Shown here piece after piece: positions 10,007 to 19,667 of a stretch of 52,121 bases of DNA. The stretch comes from a virus. The translations under genes were made by a program, and so were the position numbers. Every line of letters begins with the position of its first letter. Position 1 is the first letter of the stretch. The stretch lies in IMG/VR virus record IMGVR_UViG_3300045988_120717; one strand, given 5' to 3'. Below the pieces are notes generated by a model that saw nothing but the letters and a program-made list of their open reading frames with translations, did not search any database and was not told the DNA's origin.

Positions 10007-10438
10007 ATGGCAGAACTTAGCATGAAAGCATTTTTAAAAGGTAACGCGATCGCTATTAAAGAAAAAGAATATGTAGCGTCAGAACGCTTTGTAGATGAGC
10101 AAGGTAATCCGATACCGTGGAAACTGCGAGTTCTTGGTAATGATGAGATCGAAGCAATGGAGCGCCGGTGCAAGAAAAAAGAGTTTAACAAAAGTACCCG
10201 TGAGTACAAAACTACTACCGACCAGATAGCACTAGCAACGGAAATGGTTTGTGCGGCCGTAATATTCCCAAACCTTAACGACGCAGATTTACAGGCGTCT
10301 TATGGTACTATAGGTGCGGCACTCACGGTTAAAGCTATGCTGACACCTGGCGAGTATACAGACCTTGTAAGCGCCGTATCAGAAGTGTCCGGCTATCAGA
10401 TGGGTATGGCAGAAAAAATCAGTACCGCAAAAAACTAA
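10007..10438 (+). CDS. Tail assembly chaperone (XkdN-like).
   Basis: Lies between the tube and tape measure genes. The ATG at 10007 follows ATGGAGGATTTAATT. The ORF track extends this to 9941. Confidence 0.55.
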   Translation: MAELSMKAFLKGNAIAIKEKEYVASERFVDEQGNPIPWKLRVLGNDEIEAMERRCKKKEFNKSTREYKTTTDQIALATEMVCAAVIFPNLNDADLQASYGTIGAALTVKAMLTPGEYTDLVSAVSEVSGYQMGMAEKISTAKN

Positions 10439-10620
10439 TTAATGGCAGTGATGCATGGGCGGGTGTCCTGTATTACTGTCTTATAAAGCTACACAAACTG
10501 CCAAGTGAGATAATGAGTTTGTCGGAGGAAGAACAAGCTTTTATATGGGCTGCTATAGACGTAAAAGCTAAAGCCGATAAAAAAGAAGCCGAAAAAATGA
10601 AATCAAAGGCTCGGAGGTGA
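10333..10620 (+). CDS. The -1 frame ORF that would extend the chaperone by programmed frameshifting, giving a G/GT-like product.
   Basis: The -1 frame is open from 10333 to a TGA at 10618. It overlaps the last 100 nt or so of the chaperone gene, which contains an A6 run (GAAAAAATC at 10412..10420). The extension ends 4 nt before the tape measure start. Confidence 0.4.
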   Translation, partial: SYADTWRVYRPCKRRIRSVRLSDGYGRKNQYRKKLINGSDAWAGVLYYCLIKLHKLPSEIMSLSEEEQAFIWAAIDVKAKADKKEAEKMKSKARR

Positions 10621-10624
10621 TACA

Positions 10625-13300
10625 GTGGCTACATTACAAAACAGAATTGAACTAGTCGATGGCGTGTCACCAGCGCTCAACAAAATTACGCAGAGCGTCA
10701 ATGCTACGCAAAAAGGCTTTAGCTCGATAGCCAACAGCAGGAAAGTTTTTGACCAGTTAGAACAATCTGTTTCCGGTGTAGAACGAATTGTTGATAATAT
10801 GCAGGGCAAAAGTATTAACATAAATACTAAAGCTATTCAAAATAGTATAGCGCCTATAATGAATATCGGAAAACGAATAGGAATGGCCTATGCTGATCCG
10901 TTCATACAATTGGGCACAATAGCAGGACGAGAACTTGATAAAGTAGCAACCAAAGGACAGTCAGTGGGGAGATCTGTTACCGCGTCAATGCAACCATTAC
11001 TGGCATTAGGAAAACGAATGGGTTTAGCTTATGCAGACCCTTTTATACAATTAGGTATAGTGGCAAAACGAGAGCTTGGTCCAGTGGGAAAATCAGTTAC
11101 TGCATCAATGCAACCCGTGTTAACACTAGGTAAACGGATAGGATTAGCCTATGCAGACCCGTTCATACAATTGGGTATAGCGGCGCAAAACTCTGCACCT
11201 AAAGTTGTCAGTATGTTTGAAAGTATAAAAGCTAAAGCTGGTGAGACTGCTGCAAGTATCAAACAGAAGTTCTCTGACTTATTTGGTCATGTGTCACCAG
11301 GTCCCGCAAATGACGCATTGGCGGGCTTAACTAATAGCACTAATAACACATCCGGAGCCTTCCGTAAACTTAAAGGATTAGCCGGCAGTACCTTTGGTCA
11401 AATGACTATGGCTAATCTTGCTGCCGGAGCTATTTCAAAAGTAGCAGCGGAAATATCCAGTCTTCCTAGCAAACTTATGTCAGCTTCAGACGCTTATTCA
11501 GGTATGCAAGCAAGGTTAAGACTCATTGTAGGTGCTGGCAGTGATGTTGAAGCCATGAATGAAGCTATTTTCCAATCAGCTATAAGAGCTAGAGGTTCTT
11601 ATACACAAATGGCGGATGCAGTTGGTAAAATTGCTATGACAGCTAAAGAGGCGTTTCCTGACCCGCAACAGGTAGTGCCTTTCATGGAAGGTATACAAAA
11701 GCTTTTCGCTATTGGTGGAACAGGTGTACAGCAACAAGCTGACGCTTTGCTACAGTTAACGCAGGCATTAGGCAGTGGCAAATTGCAAGGTGATGAGTTC
11801 AGGTCAATAGCCGAAGCAGCACCAATGATTGAACAAATGGTAGCTAAGTCTTTACATGTTACGACGGGTGCATTAAAACAAATGTCAAGTGATGGCCTTA
11901 TCACTGCCGAAATATTAAAAAATGCTATACTTGATAACATGGACACCATTAATGCCATGTTTGAAGGAATACCGCTTAAATGGAGTGATATTTGGCAGAT
12001 TGGCATGACAAAAATTGATTATGCAATGAGCGGGGTTTATAAAAAAGTTAATGATTTAGCAAATAGCCAAGTAGTCCGCATAATTAGTGATGCCGCGGTC
12101 AATGGTGTTGTCGCATTGGCCGGAGCCCTTGACTGGGTAATGAATAATATTCAGTATATAGCGGAATCACCTGCTACCGCACAATTTGTAGAAGGTATAA
12201 TCAGTGGTTTTAGTGAAGCAGCAAATACAGCGCAATGGTTTGTTGAGGTAATATCACAAAACATGGATTATATATTTCCGGTATTAATGGGGCTGGGTGT
12301 TGCGGTTATGGCTTTAGGGGTGGCATGGTTAGCGTCATCAGCTATGGCGGTAGGAGGTGCAATAGCTCATGCGGTTGCGTCCTTTATGGAAACTGCTGCT
12401 ATAATAGGTTTGATATTAGCACAGAATGGTTTAAACGCAGCCTTAGCTGCATGTCCGCTTACTTGGATAATTGGCTTAATAGTTTTGCTTATAGCTGTCT
12501 TTTACGTCGTTATTGCCGCCGTAAACAGATTTGCGGGCACTAGCATATCAGCAACAGGTATTATATTTACAGTGTTTGCTTGGCTATTCAACGCGATTTC
12601 GGCTTTAGTGGAATTTGTCATAAATAGATTTATTGATTTTGCTAATTTTCTAGGTAGTGTATTTCAGGACCCGTTAGCTGCTATATACAATCTATTCGCT
12701 GATATTTGGAACGGCGTTGTAGAATTGGTAGCAGAAGCAATAAATGGTATTATTGCGTTAATGAATAAAATCCCAGGTATAGAGATAAGCTCAGTATCTG
12801 CTAGTGGTTTAACTTTAAGCAGAAAAGCTATATCAGGATTTAATCCCATGTCACATATAAAAACAGGCAGAATCGATTCAGCGGGTGCTTATGACGCAGG
12901 TAAACGATTTGAGGAAGACCCGGTTGGAGCTATGAAAGATTTGTTCGGTGATGGTATACGGCATAAACTTGATGAGGTGCCAGCACAGAAAAATGATAAA
13001 TCGGGTGGTAGTTCAGATGGTTCAGGTGCCGGCGGAGACGGTGGCGCTGCACGTGATACCGCTGACAACACCGACAGAATGGCAAACGCTATGGATGACC
13101 TTATCGAAATTGCCAAGGAAGCTAGAGAATTAGCCAGTAAGGAAGCAGTGCAGCATTATACTACACAGGAAATAGCTGTTAGCGTTGGAGATATTAACCC
13201 GACTATTGAAAAACAGCAAGATATTGACGGTGTTATTGACCAGATAACAGAGTATATTTTAACTGGAATAAATACAGGTGCAGAAGCTGTCCATGTTTAA
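10625..13300 (+). CDS. Tail tape measure protein.
   Basis: 891 aa with internal transmembrane segments, a Gly-rich C-terminus, and three tandem repeats of about 40 aa. GTG start after GGAGGTGATACA. Confidence 0.8.
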   Translation: MATLQNRIELVDGVSPALNKITQSVNATQKGFSSIANSRKVFDQLEQSVSGVERIVDNMQGKSININTKAIQNSIAPIMNIGKRIGMAYADPFIQLGTIAGRELDKVATKGQSVGRSVTASMQPLLALGKRMGLAYADPFIQLGIVAKRELGPVGKSVTASMQPVLTLGKRIGLAYADPFIQLGIAAQNSAPKVVSMFESIKAKAGETAASIKQKFSDLFGHVSPGPANDALAGLTNSTNNTSGAFRKLKGLAGSTFGQMTMANLAAGAISKVAAEISSLPSKLMSASDAYSGMQARLRLIVGAGSDVEAMNEAIFQSAIRARGSYTQMADAVGKIAMTAKEAFPDPQQVVPFMEGIQKLFAIGGTGVQQQADALLQLTQALGSGKLQGDEFRSIAEAAPMIEQMVAKSLHVTTGALKQMSSDGLITAEILKNAILDNMDTINAMFEGIPLKWSDIWQIGMTKIDYAMSGVYKKVNDLANSQVVRIISDAAVNGVVALAGALDWVMNNIQYIAESPATAQFVEGIISGFSEAANTAQWFVEVISQNMDYIFPVLMGLGVAVMALGVAWLASSAMAVGGAIAHAVASFMETAAIIGLILAQNGLNAALAACPLTWIIGLIVLLIAVFYVVIAAVNRFAGTSISATGIIFTVFAWLFNAISALVEFVINRFIDFANFLGSVFQDPLAAIYNLFADIWNGVVELVAEAINGIIALMNKIPGIEISSVSASGLTLSRKAISGFNPMSHIKTGRIDSAGAYDAGKRFEEDPVGAMKDLFGDGIRHKLDEVPAQKNDKSGGSSDGSGAGGDGGAARDTADNTDRMANAMDDLIEIAKEARELASKEAVQHYTTQEIAVSVGDINPTIEKQQDIDGVIDQITEYILTGINTGAEAVHV
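10868..11200 (+). repeat. Tandem repeat of about 120 bp, present in 2.6 copies, inside the tape measure gene.
   Basis: The peptide unit KRIGxAYADPFIQLG...SVTASMQPxLxLG occurs three times. Confidence 0.8.
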
Positions 13301-13386
13301 GCAGGAAATAACCTATTAGTTAGCGAAAATAATACAGGTGATCATACAAAGTATAATTTTATGCTAACTAATAGGAGGCGGTTCAC

Positions 13387-14286
13387 GTGGGATTGTTTGG
13401 TAAATCAAAGGAACAAAAAATACGGGAAGAAGCTGAGCACCAATTACTACTGGAAGAAGCAAAACGAAAAATCAGGGAAGAAGGGGAAGCAAGGCTAGCG
13501 GCTAAGAAAAAGGCTGAGGAAGAAAAAGCTCAAATAATATCCAAGGCTAAGCAGTACACCATCGAAGACGTTAAAAAGTGGGAAACCCAAAAGCAAAAGA
13601 AGATAAAAAAGGGGCTTATTTTATTCTTTTGCTTGTTGATAGGCGGGTGCGGGTTATTTCTACATAGCCCAAATAATCAAAATTCGGAGACACAAAAAGA
13701 ACAGCAAACCGCTGGCAACCAATTTCAAAAATTAAATAAAAATTTAAGTCAAGCAGAAGCCGAGAGCATACAGGACACACTTAGCCAATGTGGAATGGCT
13801 GGACAAGCTGCAAAATTTGAAACCGTAGCTAATGATGATACTAGATTTCCTGACTGTAATTTGTACAAGGGTGTTATACGGCAGAATAACAGTGGTTATA
13901 ATATAACGGTATACACTAAAAATGATAAAGTTGTTTATATTTTAGCTTTTATTGATGGCGGCGAACGTGAACTTTATGCTGATGGTAAAGTGTCTAATAC
14001 TTTTAATGATTTTGAGCTAACGAGCGATGAAGAATTTAAGTACATAATACAGACCCAAAATATTGTAAAATCTGTATTGCTAGACCCAGACTCAGCCGAG
14101 TTCCCTAATGCCGGAGGTAGTGATTGGAATACACATAAAAACCCGGAACACATAAGAATCAGTTCTTATGTAAAATCAGAAAATGCTTTTGGTAAAAAGA
14201 TTAAAACCGAATTTTCAGTCACGTACTCAAAAGGGGGAGCACCAATATCTGTAATTATCAACGGTAAAGAATATCTGAAAAAATAA
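13387..14286 (+). CDS. Membrane-anchored protein (moron). It may be a lipoprotein-like or surface protein.
   Basis: GTG start after TAGGAGGCGG. It has an N-terminal K/E-rich coiled coil, one transmembrane segment (LILFFCLLIGGCGLFL) and a globular C-terminal domain. It has its own -10 box upstream and a terminator downstream. Confidence 0.5.
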   Translation: MGLFGKSKEQKIREEAEHQLLLEEAKRKIREEGEARLAAKKKAEEEKAQIISKAKQYTIEDVKKWETQKQKKIKKGLILFFCLLIGGCGLFLHSPNNQNSETQKEQQTAGNQFQKLNKNLSQAEAESIQDTLSQCGMAGQAAKFETVANDDTRFPDCNLYKGVIRQNNSGYNITVYTKNDKVVYILAFIDGGERELYADGKVSNTFNDFELTSDEEFKYIIQTQNIVKSVLLDPDSAEFPNAGGSDWNTHKNPEHIRISSYVKSENAFGKKIKTEFSVTYSKGGAPISVIINGKEYLKK

Positions 14287-14295
14287 TATTAATCT

Positions 14296-14332
14296 TTTTT
14301 AAGCGCTGCCGTGTTACGGTGGTGCTTTTTTA
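14296..14332 (+). terminator. Rho-independent terminator after the moron gene.
   Basis: GC-rich imperfect hairpin (GCGCTGCCG..CGGTGGTGC) followed by TTTTTT. Confidence 0.45.
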
Positions 14333-14346
14333 GTGGAGGTGATACA

Positions 14347-15096
14347 GTGGCTTATTATTTTTTCCTGGGTGACATGATGTTGCCGGTCCCGCCCGCAAAA
14401 ATGACAACTAAAATCAAAAACCGGAACAAGACTATTAACCTGATTAACGAGGGTGAAGTTAATCTAGTAAAATCAGCTGGATTAACGGAGATTAGTTTTG
14501 ACATACGGCTGCCGGGTGACGCCCGTCCCTATGCAAACTATAGCCAGAGTTTCAAGTCAAGCGCTTTAACTTATATCGGCAAAAAACTTTTCGGAAAGGA
14601 TTATTCTTTTAAACAGCCCGTTTACTTCCTTCAAAAGATTAAGAAGCTGAAAGCTGGTCGGGAACCTTTCGACCTTATAGTTTTGCGAATGAGTCCGCGT
14701 TATGAAGTGCTGTTTGATACATATATGCGGGTAACACTTGAAAGCTACAGCATTAAAGAGGACGCAGGAGAAGGATTTGACATTACGGTACCTGTTACCC
14801 TAAAACAGTATATTGACTATGGCACCAAAGAGGTTGAGGTCAGTACCGATGAAAACGGGAATCAAACAGTTACAGTAAAGCAGAACCGAAAGGCTGGGGG
14901 TAACAAGTCCCTACAAAATGCGATAACAATCCGTGGCCAGCGGTCCATATGGGAAGCGACGCAAACTGTTTTAAGCGGTGGTGCTCCTAGTGTTGGTGTG
15001 CTGGCTAACATCGCTATACTTAACGGTATGAAAAATCCGTATAATGAGCCAGTGCAGGGAACACAGATAAAGATACCAAACGGGGTGATTCATTAA
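14347..15096 (+). CDS. XkdP-like tail protein with a degenerate C-terminal LysM motif.
   Basis: GTG start after GGAGGTGATACA, the same 18-nt RBS and start context as the tape measure gene. The C-terminal segment (SIWEATQTVL...GTQIKIP) is LysM-like. Confidence 0.45.
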   Translation: MAYYFFLGDMMLPVPPAKMTTKIKNRNKTINLINEGEVNLVKSAGLTEISFDIRLPGDARPYANYSQSFKSSALTYIGKKLFGKDYSFKQPVYFLQKIKKLKAGREPFDLIVLRMSPRYEVLFDTYMRVTLESYSIKEDAGEGFDITVPVTLKQYIDYGTKEVEVSTDENGNQTVTVKQNRKAGGNKSLQNAITIRGQRSIWEATQTVLSGGAPSVGVLANIAILNGMKNPYNEPVQGTQIKIPNGVIH

Positions 15097-16241
15097 TGTC
15101 AATTAAAGGTTTAGAGATATTAGAGCAATCGGCTTTAACCCCGCAAGCTAAACAAGAAAAAGCTGTCACGATAATAATTTCGCATAACGGCAAAACTTTT
15201 ATGCCAGCAGTACAAGAAGGCGTTACCTGGGATTTAGCCAGGCAGGGTACACCAGGTAAACTAACTTTTAAGATGCTACGAGATGATATTTTAGACTTTG
15301 AAGAAGGTAACATGGTCCAGATGAGCTACGGTGACGACAACATTTTCAAAGGTTTTATCTTTTCCCACAAAGAGGATAAAAACGGTGTTATACAAGTTGT
15401 GGCTTATGACCAGCTACGCTACTTAAAGAACAAAGACATAACCGTGGTAGTGGAAAAGACAGCAGCCGAGGTTATCCGTGCTATTTGTGATGACTATGGC
15501 TTAATACACAAAAAGAAAAGCAAGGATGAAAGTGGTAAAGAAGTTGAAACTGAGGCCATCTGTGATACAAGTTACACTATACATAAAATGAGGGCCAGCA
15601 ACCAAACACTGTTTGATACTATCCAGCTGGCGCTTGACCATACCATACTGTATACAGGTGATAAAAGTGTTAATGCCACTTATAAATACGGGAAAATGTA
15701 TATCTTGTATGATGACTTCGGTGTAATAACCTTAACTGAGGTAGGAGGGCTGGATGTGCCGATACTTATTGACGCTGAGACGGCGCAGAACTTTAACTTT
15801 GAATCGTCAATAGATAAAGATACTTTCAATGCCGTAACCTTGTATAAAGATGATAAGACCGCTGGAAAGCATATTGAGTATTCCAGGCAAAGTGACGCTA
15901 ATATAAAGCGCTGGGGCATTTTGCGTAAAACTGAAAGCATTAACGAACGTGACACTACTGACCCCTACAATAAAGCACAGATAATGTTAGGGGTGTACAA
16001 CTCTGCTAAAAAAACTTTAAGCATAAAAGGTGCTTTTGGTGACACACGAGTACGAGCTGGTAGTCGTATATGGGTAAAACTAAACATCAAGGATCCGGAT
16101 GTAAAACTACAACGCGAAGAAAACGGCGTTGAATACAACACGGTACAGATGATGGTAGAGCAGGTCAAACACAGATGGGACAGCGGTAACAGCAGCTACA
16201 CTATGGATTTAACTTTAGTCGGGAGGGGCATTACTAAATGA
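15096..16241 (+). CDS. Baseplate hub or late-control-D-like protein (XkdQ-like).
   Basis: 381 aa, in baseplate-module position. Confidence 0.45.
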   Translation: MSIKGLEILEQSALTPQAKQEKAVTIIISHNGKTFMPAVQEGVTWDLARQGTPGKLTFKMLRDDILDFEEGNMVQMSYGDDNIFKGFIFSHKEDKNGVIQVVAYDQLRYLKNKDITVVVEKTAAEVIRAICDDYGLIHKKKSKDESGKEVETEAICDTSYTIHKMRASNQTLFDTIQLALDHTILYTGDKSVNATYKYGKMYILYDDFGVITLTEVGGLDVPILIDAETAQNFNFESSIDKDTFNAVTLYKDDKTAGKHIEYSRQSDANIKRWGILRKTESINERDTTDPYNKAQIMLGVYNSAKKTLSIKGAFGDTRVRAGSRIWVKLNIKDPDVKLQREENGVEYNTVQMMVEQVKHRWDSGNSSYTMDLTLVGRGITK

Positions 16242-16645
16242 GTAACCAGCTTATGAACGCTTTACAGAAATTAGCATATAACACTTATCAAGCGGGAAAA
16301 CCTGCTGACTATATCCTGGGTGTGGTTGAAACTGTCGATCCGCTTGTCATAAGGCTTGACGCAAAAGAAACCATCACCGAAGAATTTTTAGTTTTGACCG
16401 ATGCAGTCAGGGACTATGATGTTGATATTACTGTCAACCACACCACCGAAAATGCTGCTGGTGGCAGCGGGTACGCTGAATATGCTAGTCATAATCACGG
16501 GTATAAAGGCAGGAAGCGGATAACCGTTCATAATGGCTTAACGCCGGGTGAAAGTGTAGTAATGCTGAGACAGTTAGGGGGACAAGAATACTTAGTAATA
16601 TCCCGTATTTTTAATCATACCGCCTTATCGGGACAGTGGGGGTGA
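16238..16645 (+). CDS. Small baseplate protein (XkdR-like).
   Basis: 135 aa. Assigned by synteny. Confidence 0.4.
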   Translation: MSNQLMNALQKLAYNTYQAGKPADYILGVVETVDPLVIRLDAKETITEEFLVLTDAVRDYDVDITVNHTTENAAGGSGYAEYASHNHGYKGRKRITVHNGLTPGESVVMLRQLGGQEYLVISRIFNHTALSGQWG

Positions 16646-16649
16646 TTAA

Positions 16650-17075
16650 ATGGCAACACTTCCGGAATCCGCGTCAAGTGTCACAATAAGCGCTGCTGAT
16701 GTCAGCATAGGTGACAATATTCAGACCAGCAACACGTATCAGATGCATATTAAAAAAGAGCGTATAAAAGGTGCTGTCACAGGGCTTGACGCTATAGCGC
16801 AGGCTTGCTATAAAGCCATAAACACCGAACGTTATGCATATCCGATATACAGCTGGAATTATGGTATAGAACTACAAGACCTTTTCGGGCAGCCTATACC
16901 GTATGTTTTCGCCGTCTTACCACAGCGCATAACGGACGCACTTATGCAAGATGACCGCATAACTGATGTCACTGATTTTGACCTGTCGCATACAGGAGGT
17001 GACGTTTTATGCAAATTCACCGTTAAAACAATCTACGGCACACTTGAACTACAAAAGGTGGTGACACTTCAATAA
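16650..17075 (+). CDS. Baseplate wedge protein (XkdS, gp25/W-like).
   Basis: 141 aa, immediately before the J-like gene. Confidence 0.45.
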   Translation: MATLPESASSVTISAADVSIGDNIQTSNTYQMHIKKERIKGAVTGLDAIAQACYKAINTERYAYPIYSWNYGIELQDLFGQPIPYVFAVLPQRITDALMQDDRITDVTDFDLSHTGGDVLCKFTVKTIYGTLELQKVVTLQ

Positions 17076-18175
17076 TGTACGAAGATCTAACACAAGATAC
17101 GATTTTAAAGCGGATGCTTGATAACGTCTCTAGTGATGTAGACAAGCGCGAGGGAAGTTTAATTTACGACGCAACGGCTCCCGCGTCAATCGAGTTTTTC
17201 TTGCTATATGTAGCTATCAACTACTTTTTTACTAATACCTTTGCTGACACAGCGGAAAGAGAGTGGCTGATAAGGCGGGCTAAAGAAAGAGGGCTGACAC
17301 CGACACCGGCGTCCAGCGCTAAAGTAAAAGCAACTTTTACACCAGCGACCGTTGATATTGAGATAGGCAGTTCCTTTTCTTATGAAACCATTAATTTTAC
17401 TGTCACCGAAAAAGTGTCACCAGGCGTCTACTACTTGACATGTGACACAGCAGGAACCGTAGGTAATGTACCGCCCGGAGCACTTATACCTAACTCTTTT
17501 ACTTTAGGACTGCAAACGGCAACTCTGACTGAGATAATACGACCTGGACAGGACGAAGAGGAAACGGAGCATTTCAGGACCCGCTATTTAAACAGCTTTA
17601 ACGTTCTAGCTTATGGCGGTAACATCACTGACTACATCGACAAGATGAACAGCATAGCCGGAGTAGGCGGGTGTAAGGTTTATCCGGTGTGGGCGGGCGG
17701 TGGCACGGTAAAGCTGGTTTTCATGACCAGTGAGTATAAAGTACCTACTGAAGAATTTGTGCAAGAAGTACAAACCATGATAGACCCTGTGACTAACGCA
17801 GGGCAGGGCATAGGCATAGCACCAATTGGTCATCATGTCACGGTGGAAGGTGTCACCACCTCTAAAGTAGCAATAGAGCTGCACTTAACTACCACCGAAA
17901 AACTCGCTATAAGCTTTAAAAATGATATAGAGAAAATCATTGATAACTACTTTACCGAGCTTAACAAGAAATGGCCAGACACTAAAAAAGACACTGCTCA
18001 AACTACCCGTAACACTGGTATAACGATACGAACTACTCAGATTGAGAGCCGGATTTTAGAGCTTGACGGTATCGACGACATAACACATACCAAGCTTAAC
18101 GGTGTAGAAGAAAATTTAGTGCTGGGTATTAACGAGTTAGCAGTTAGAGGTGAAATAACATGGCTGACGAACTGA
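17075..18175 (+). CDS. Baseplate J-like protein (XkdT-like).
   Basis: 366 aa, with baseplate J family features and position. Confidence 0.6.
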   Translation: MYEDLTQDTILKRMLDNVSSDVDKREGSLIYDATAPASIEFFLLYVAINYFFTNTFADTAEREWLIRRAKERGLTPTPASSAKVKATFTPATVDIEIGSSFSYETINFTVTEKVSPGVYYLTCDTAGTVGNVPPGALIPNSFTLGLQTATLTEIIRPGQDEEETEHFRTRYLNSFNVLAYGGNITDYIDKMNSIAGVGGCKVYPVWAGGGTVKLVFMTSEYKVPTEEFVQEVQTMIDPVTNAGQGIGIAPIGHHVTVEGVTTSKVAIELHLTTTEKLAISFKNDIEKIIDNYFTELNKKWPDTKKDTAQTTRNTGITIRTTQIESRILELDGIDDITHTKLNGVEENLVLGINELAVRGEITWLTN

Positions 18176-19203
18176 CACGTGACGTTGACATAGCTCATTA
18201 CTTCCCAAAGGTTGTTGCACCGTCATTAGAATTTCAGGAGCTGGCCAAGACTGAAAACATCGAGTTTGCCCGTATATGGCCACAAGCTAAAAAGTGGTTC
18301 GTAAATACTTATGTAGAGCTGCTCGACGTTGACGGCGCTAAACGCTGGGAAAGTATGCTTGACATCAGACCGGGTGACAATGACACACTGACACAGCGTA
18401 AAAACAAAATCTTAGCAAAGATTAACCACTCGTTACCATATACCGAACGCAAGTTCCAGCAGATGCTTGACCAGCGGTACGGTGAAGGTGTTGTTACACT
18501 GAAATGCGATTATGACAACTACAAGCTGAACTTAGAAATGTACGATGATGCAGGTATTAACGAAGGACAGGTTTATAAATATGCCCGATCAATAATACCG
18601 GCTAATCTCGGTGCAATAATCAACGCTATTTTAGTGATGTACATAAAAACCCATCACTATTTGAGTATAGGCATAACCTGGGCAGGTACACAACGCTATT
18701 TCAGTAGTGCCACAGGTAAAACGTCAACTCTTTACTGGGAAGGTACACACGATAAAAACGGGATACCGCATACCCACTATTTTGATGGGCAGTACCGCTA
18801 TGATGCATTGGAAGGTGACACGAATTACAGGGATGACCAAAAACATTTTTTAACGGCTTCGTATTATTCAGAAGCAGTAAGCAGCTTAAAACCTGTAAAT
18901 ACTGTACATGGGGAAATTATAGGAAACGCCGTTAAAAAAGTTACTAGTAAGCACAAAATGTTCTTAACAGATATATTGTCACCGGTGTCACGTGTCACCT
19001 GTCAGTCAAATGTTTTAGTTGATACAGTTCTAAATTATAAGCAAACTTGCAGTAACGCAGAATTTGATAATGTACTTGATGGCAGCTGGGAGCTGGACGG
19101 CTCAAGGGAACTTACATCGACTACTCGTAGAAAATATATGCTTAAACATACTGCCACGGTGACAGTTATAAAAGGTGACGCAAGAACGGAGGAGAGCTTA
19201 TGA
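18160..19203 (+). CDS. XkdU-like tail or baseplate protein.
   Basis: 347 aa. It contains a second copy of the 21-bp GTGTCAC repeat. Confidence 0.4.
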   Translation: MADELTRDVDIAHYFPKVVAPSLEFQELAKTENIEFARIWPQAKKWFVNTYVELLDVDGAKRWESMLDIRPGDNDTLTQRKNKILAKINHSLPYTERKFQQMLDQRYGEGVVTLKCDYDNYKLNLEMYDDAGINEGQVYKYARSIIPANLGAIINAILVMYIKTHHYLSIGITWAGTQRYFSSATGKTSTLYWEGTHDKNGIPHTHYFDGQYRYDALEGDTNYRDDQKHFLTASYYSEAVSSLKPVNTVHGEIIGNAVKKVTSKHKMFLTDILSPVSRVTCQSNVLVDTVLNYKQTCSNAEFDNVLDGSWELDGSRELTSTTRRKYMLKHTATVTVIKGDARTEESL

Positions 19204-19655
19204 ATCAAGATATGAATTTAAACATGAATCTACAGCTATTTGCTGACAACGGTGATAACAGTGCCGACTTTTTAAAGAACAACAAAGTAACAACGGCGCT
19301 ATATCGTAGGCTGCTGGCACATGCGGTAGGTGAAACCGGAACAATCAGCAAAATAACTAAGATGGCTTTTGGGGACCAGGGTGAAACAGATGAGCAGAAT
19401 AACCCTGCTCCACCTACTGAAACAGGCAGCTTAAATCACGTCGTTTTAACTAAAACGCTTGATAGCATAACTTTCCCGTCGGATAATGCCGTCACCTTCC
19501 AAGCTACGGTTAATGCTGGTGAAGTAACGTCCGGTATCAATGAAATAGCGCTACTTGACGAAGCAGGTGAAACAGCTGCTAAGATTAGGCTTTTAACGTC
19601 GAAAGGTGTAGACGCTGAAACATCACTGGTGTTTAAGTGGACACTAGAATTTTAA
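19200..19655 (+). CDS. Hypothetical tail protein.
   Basis: 151 aa. It carries an N-terminal NLQLFA motif. Confidence 0.35.
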   Translation: MNQDMNLNMNLQLFADNGDNSADFLKNNKVTTALYRRLLAHAVGETGTISKITKMAFGDQGETDEQNNPAPPTETGSLNHVVLTKTLDSITFPSDNAVTFQATVNAGEVTSGINEIALLDEAGETAAKIRLLTSKGVDAETSLVFKWTLEF

Positions 19656-19667
19656 GAGGTGGAAGCT

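Noticed and set aside
11599-12006. 135-aa Cys-rich ORF on the minus strand.
   Set aside because: It lies entirely inside the tape measure gene, which has repeats, transmembrane segments and correct synteny.
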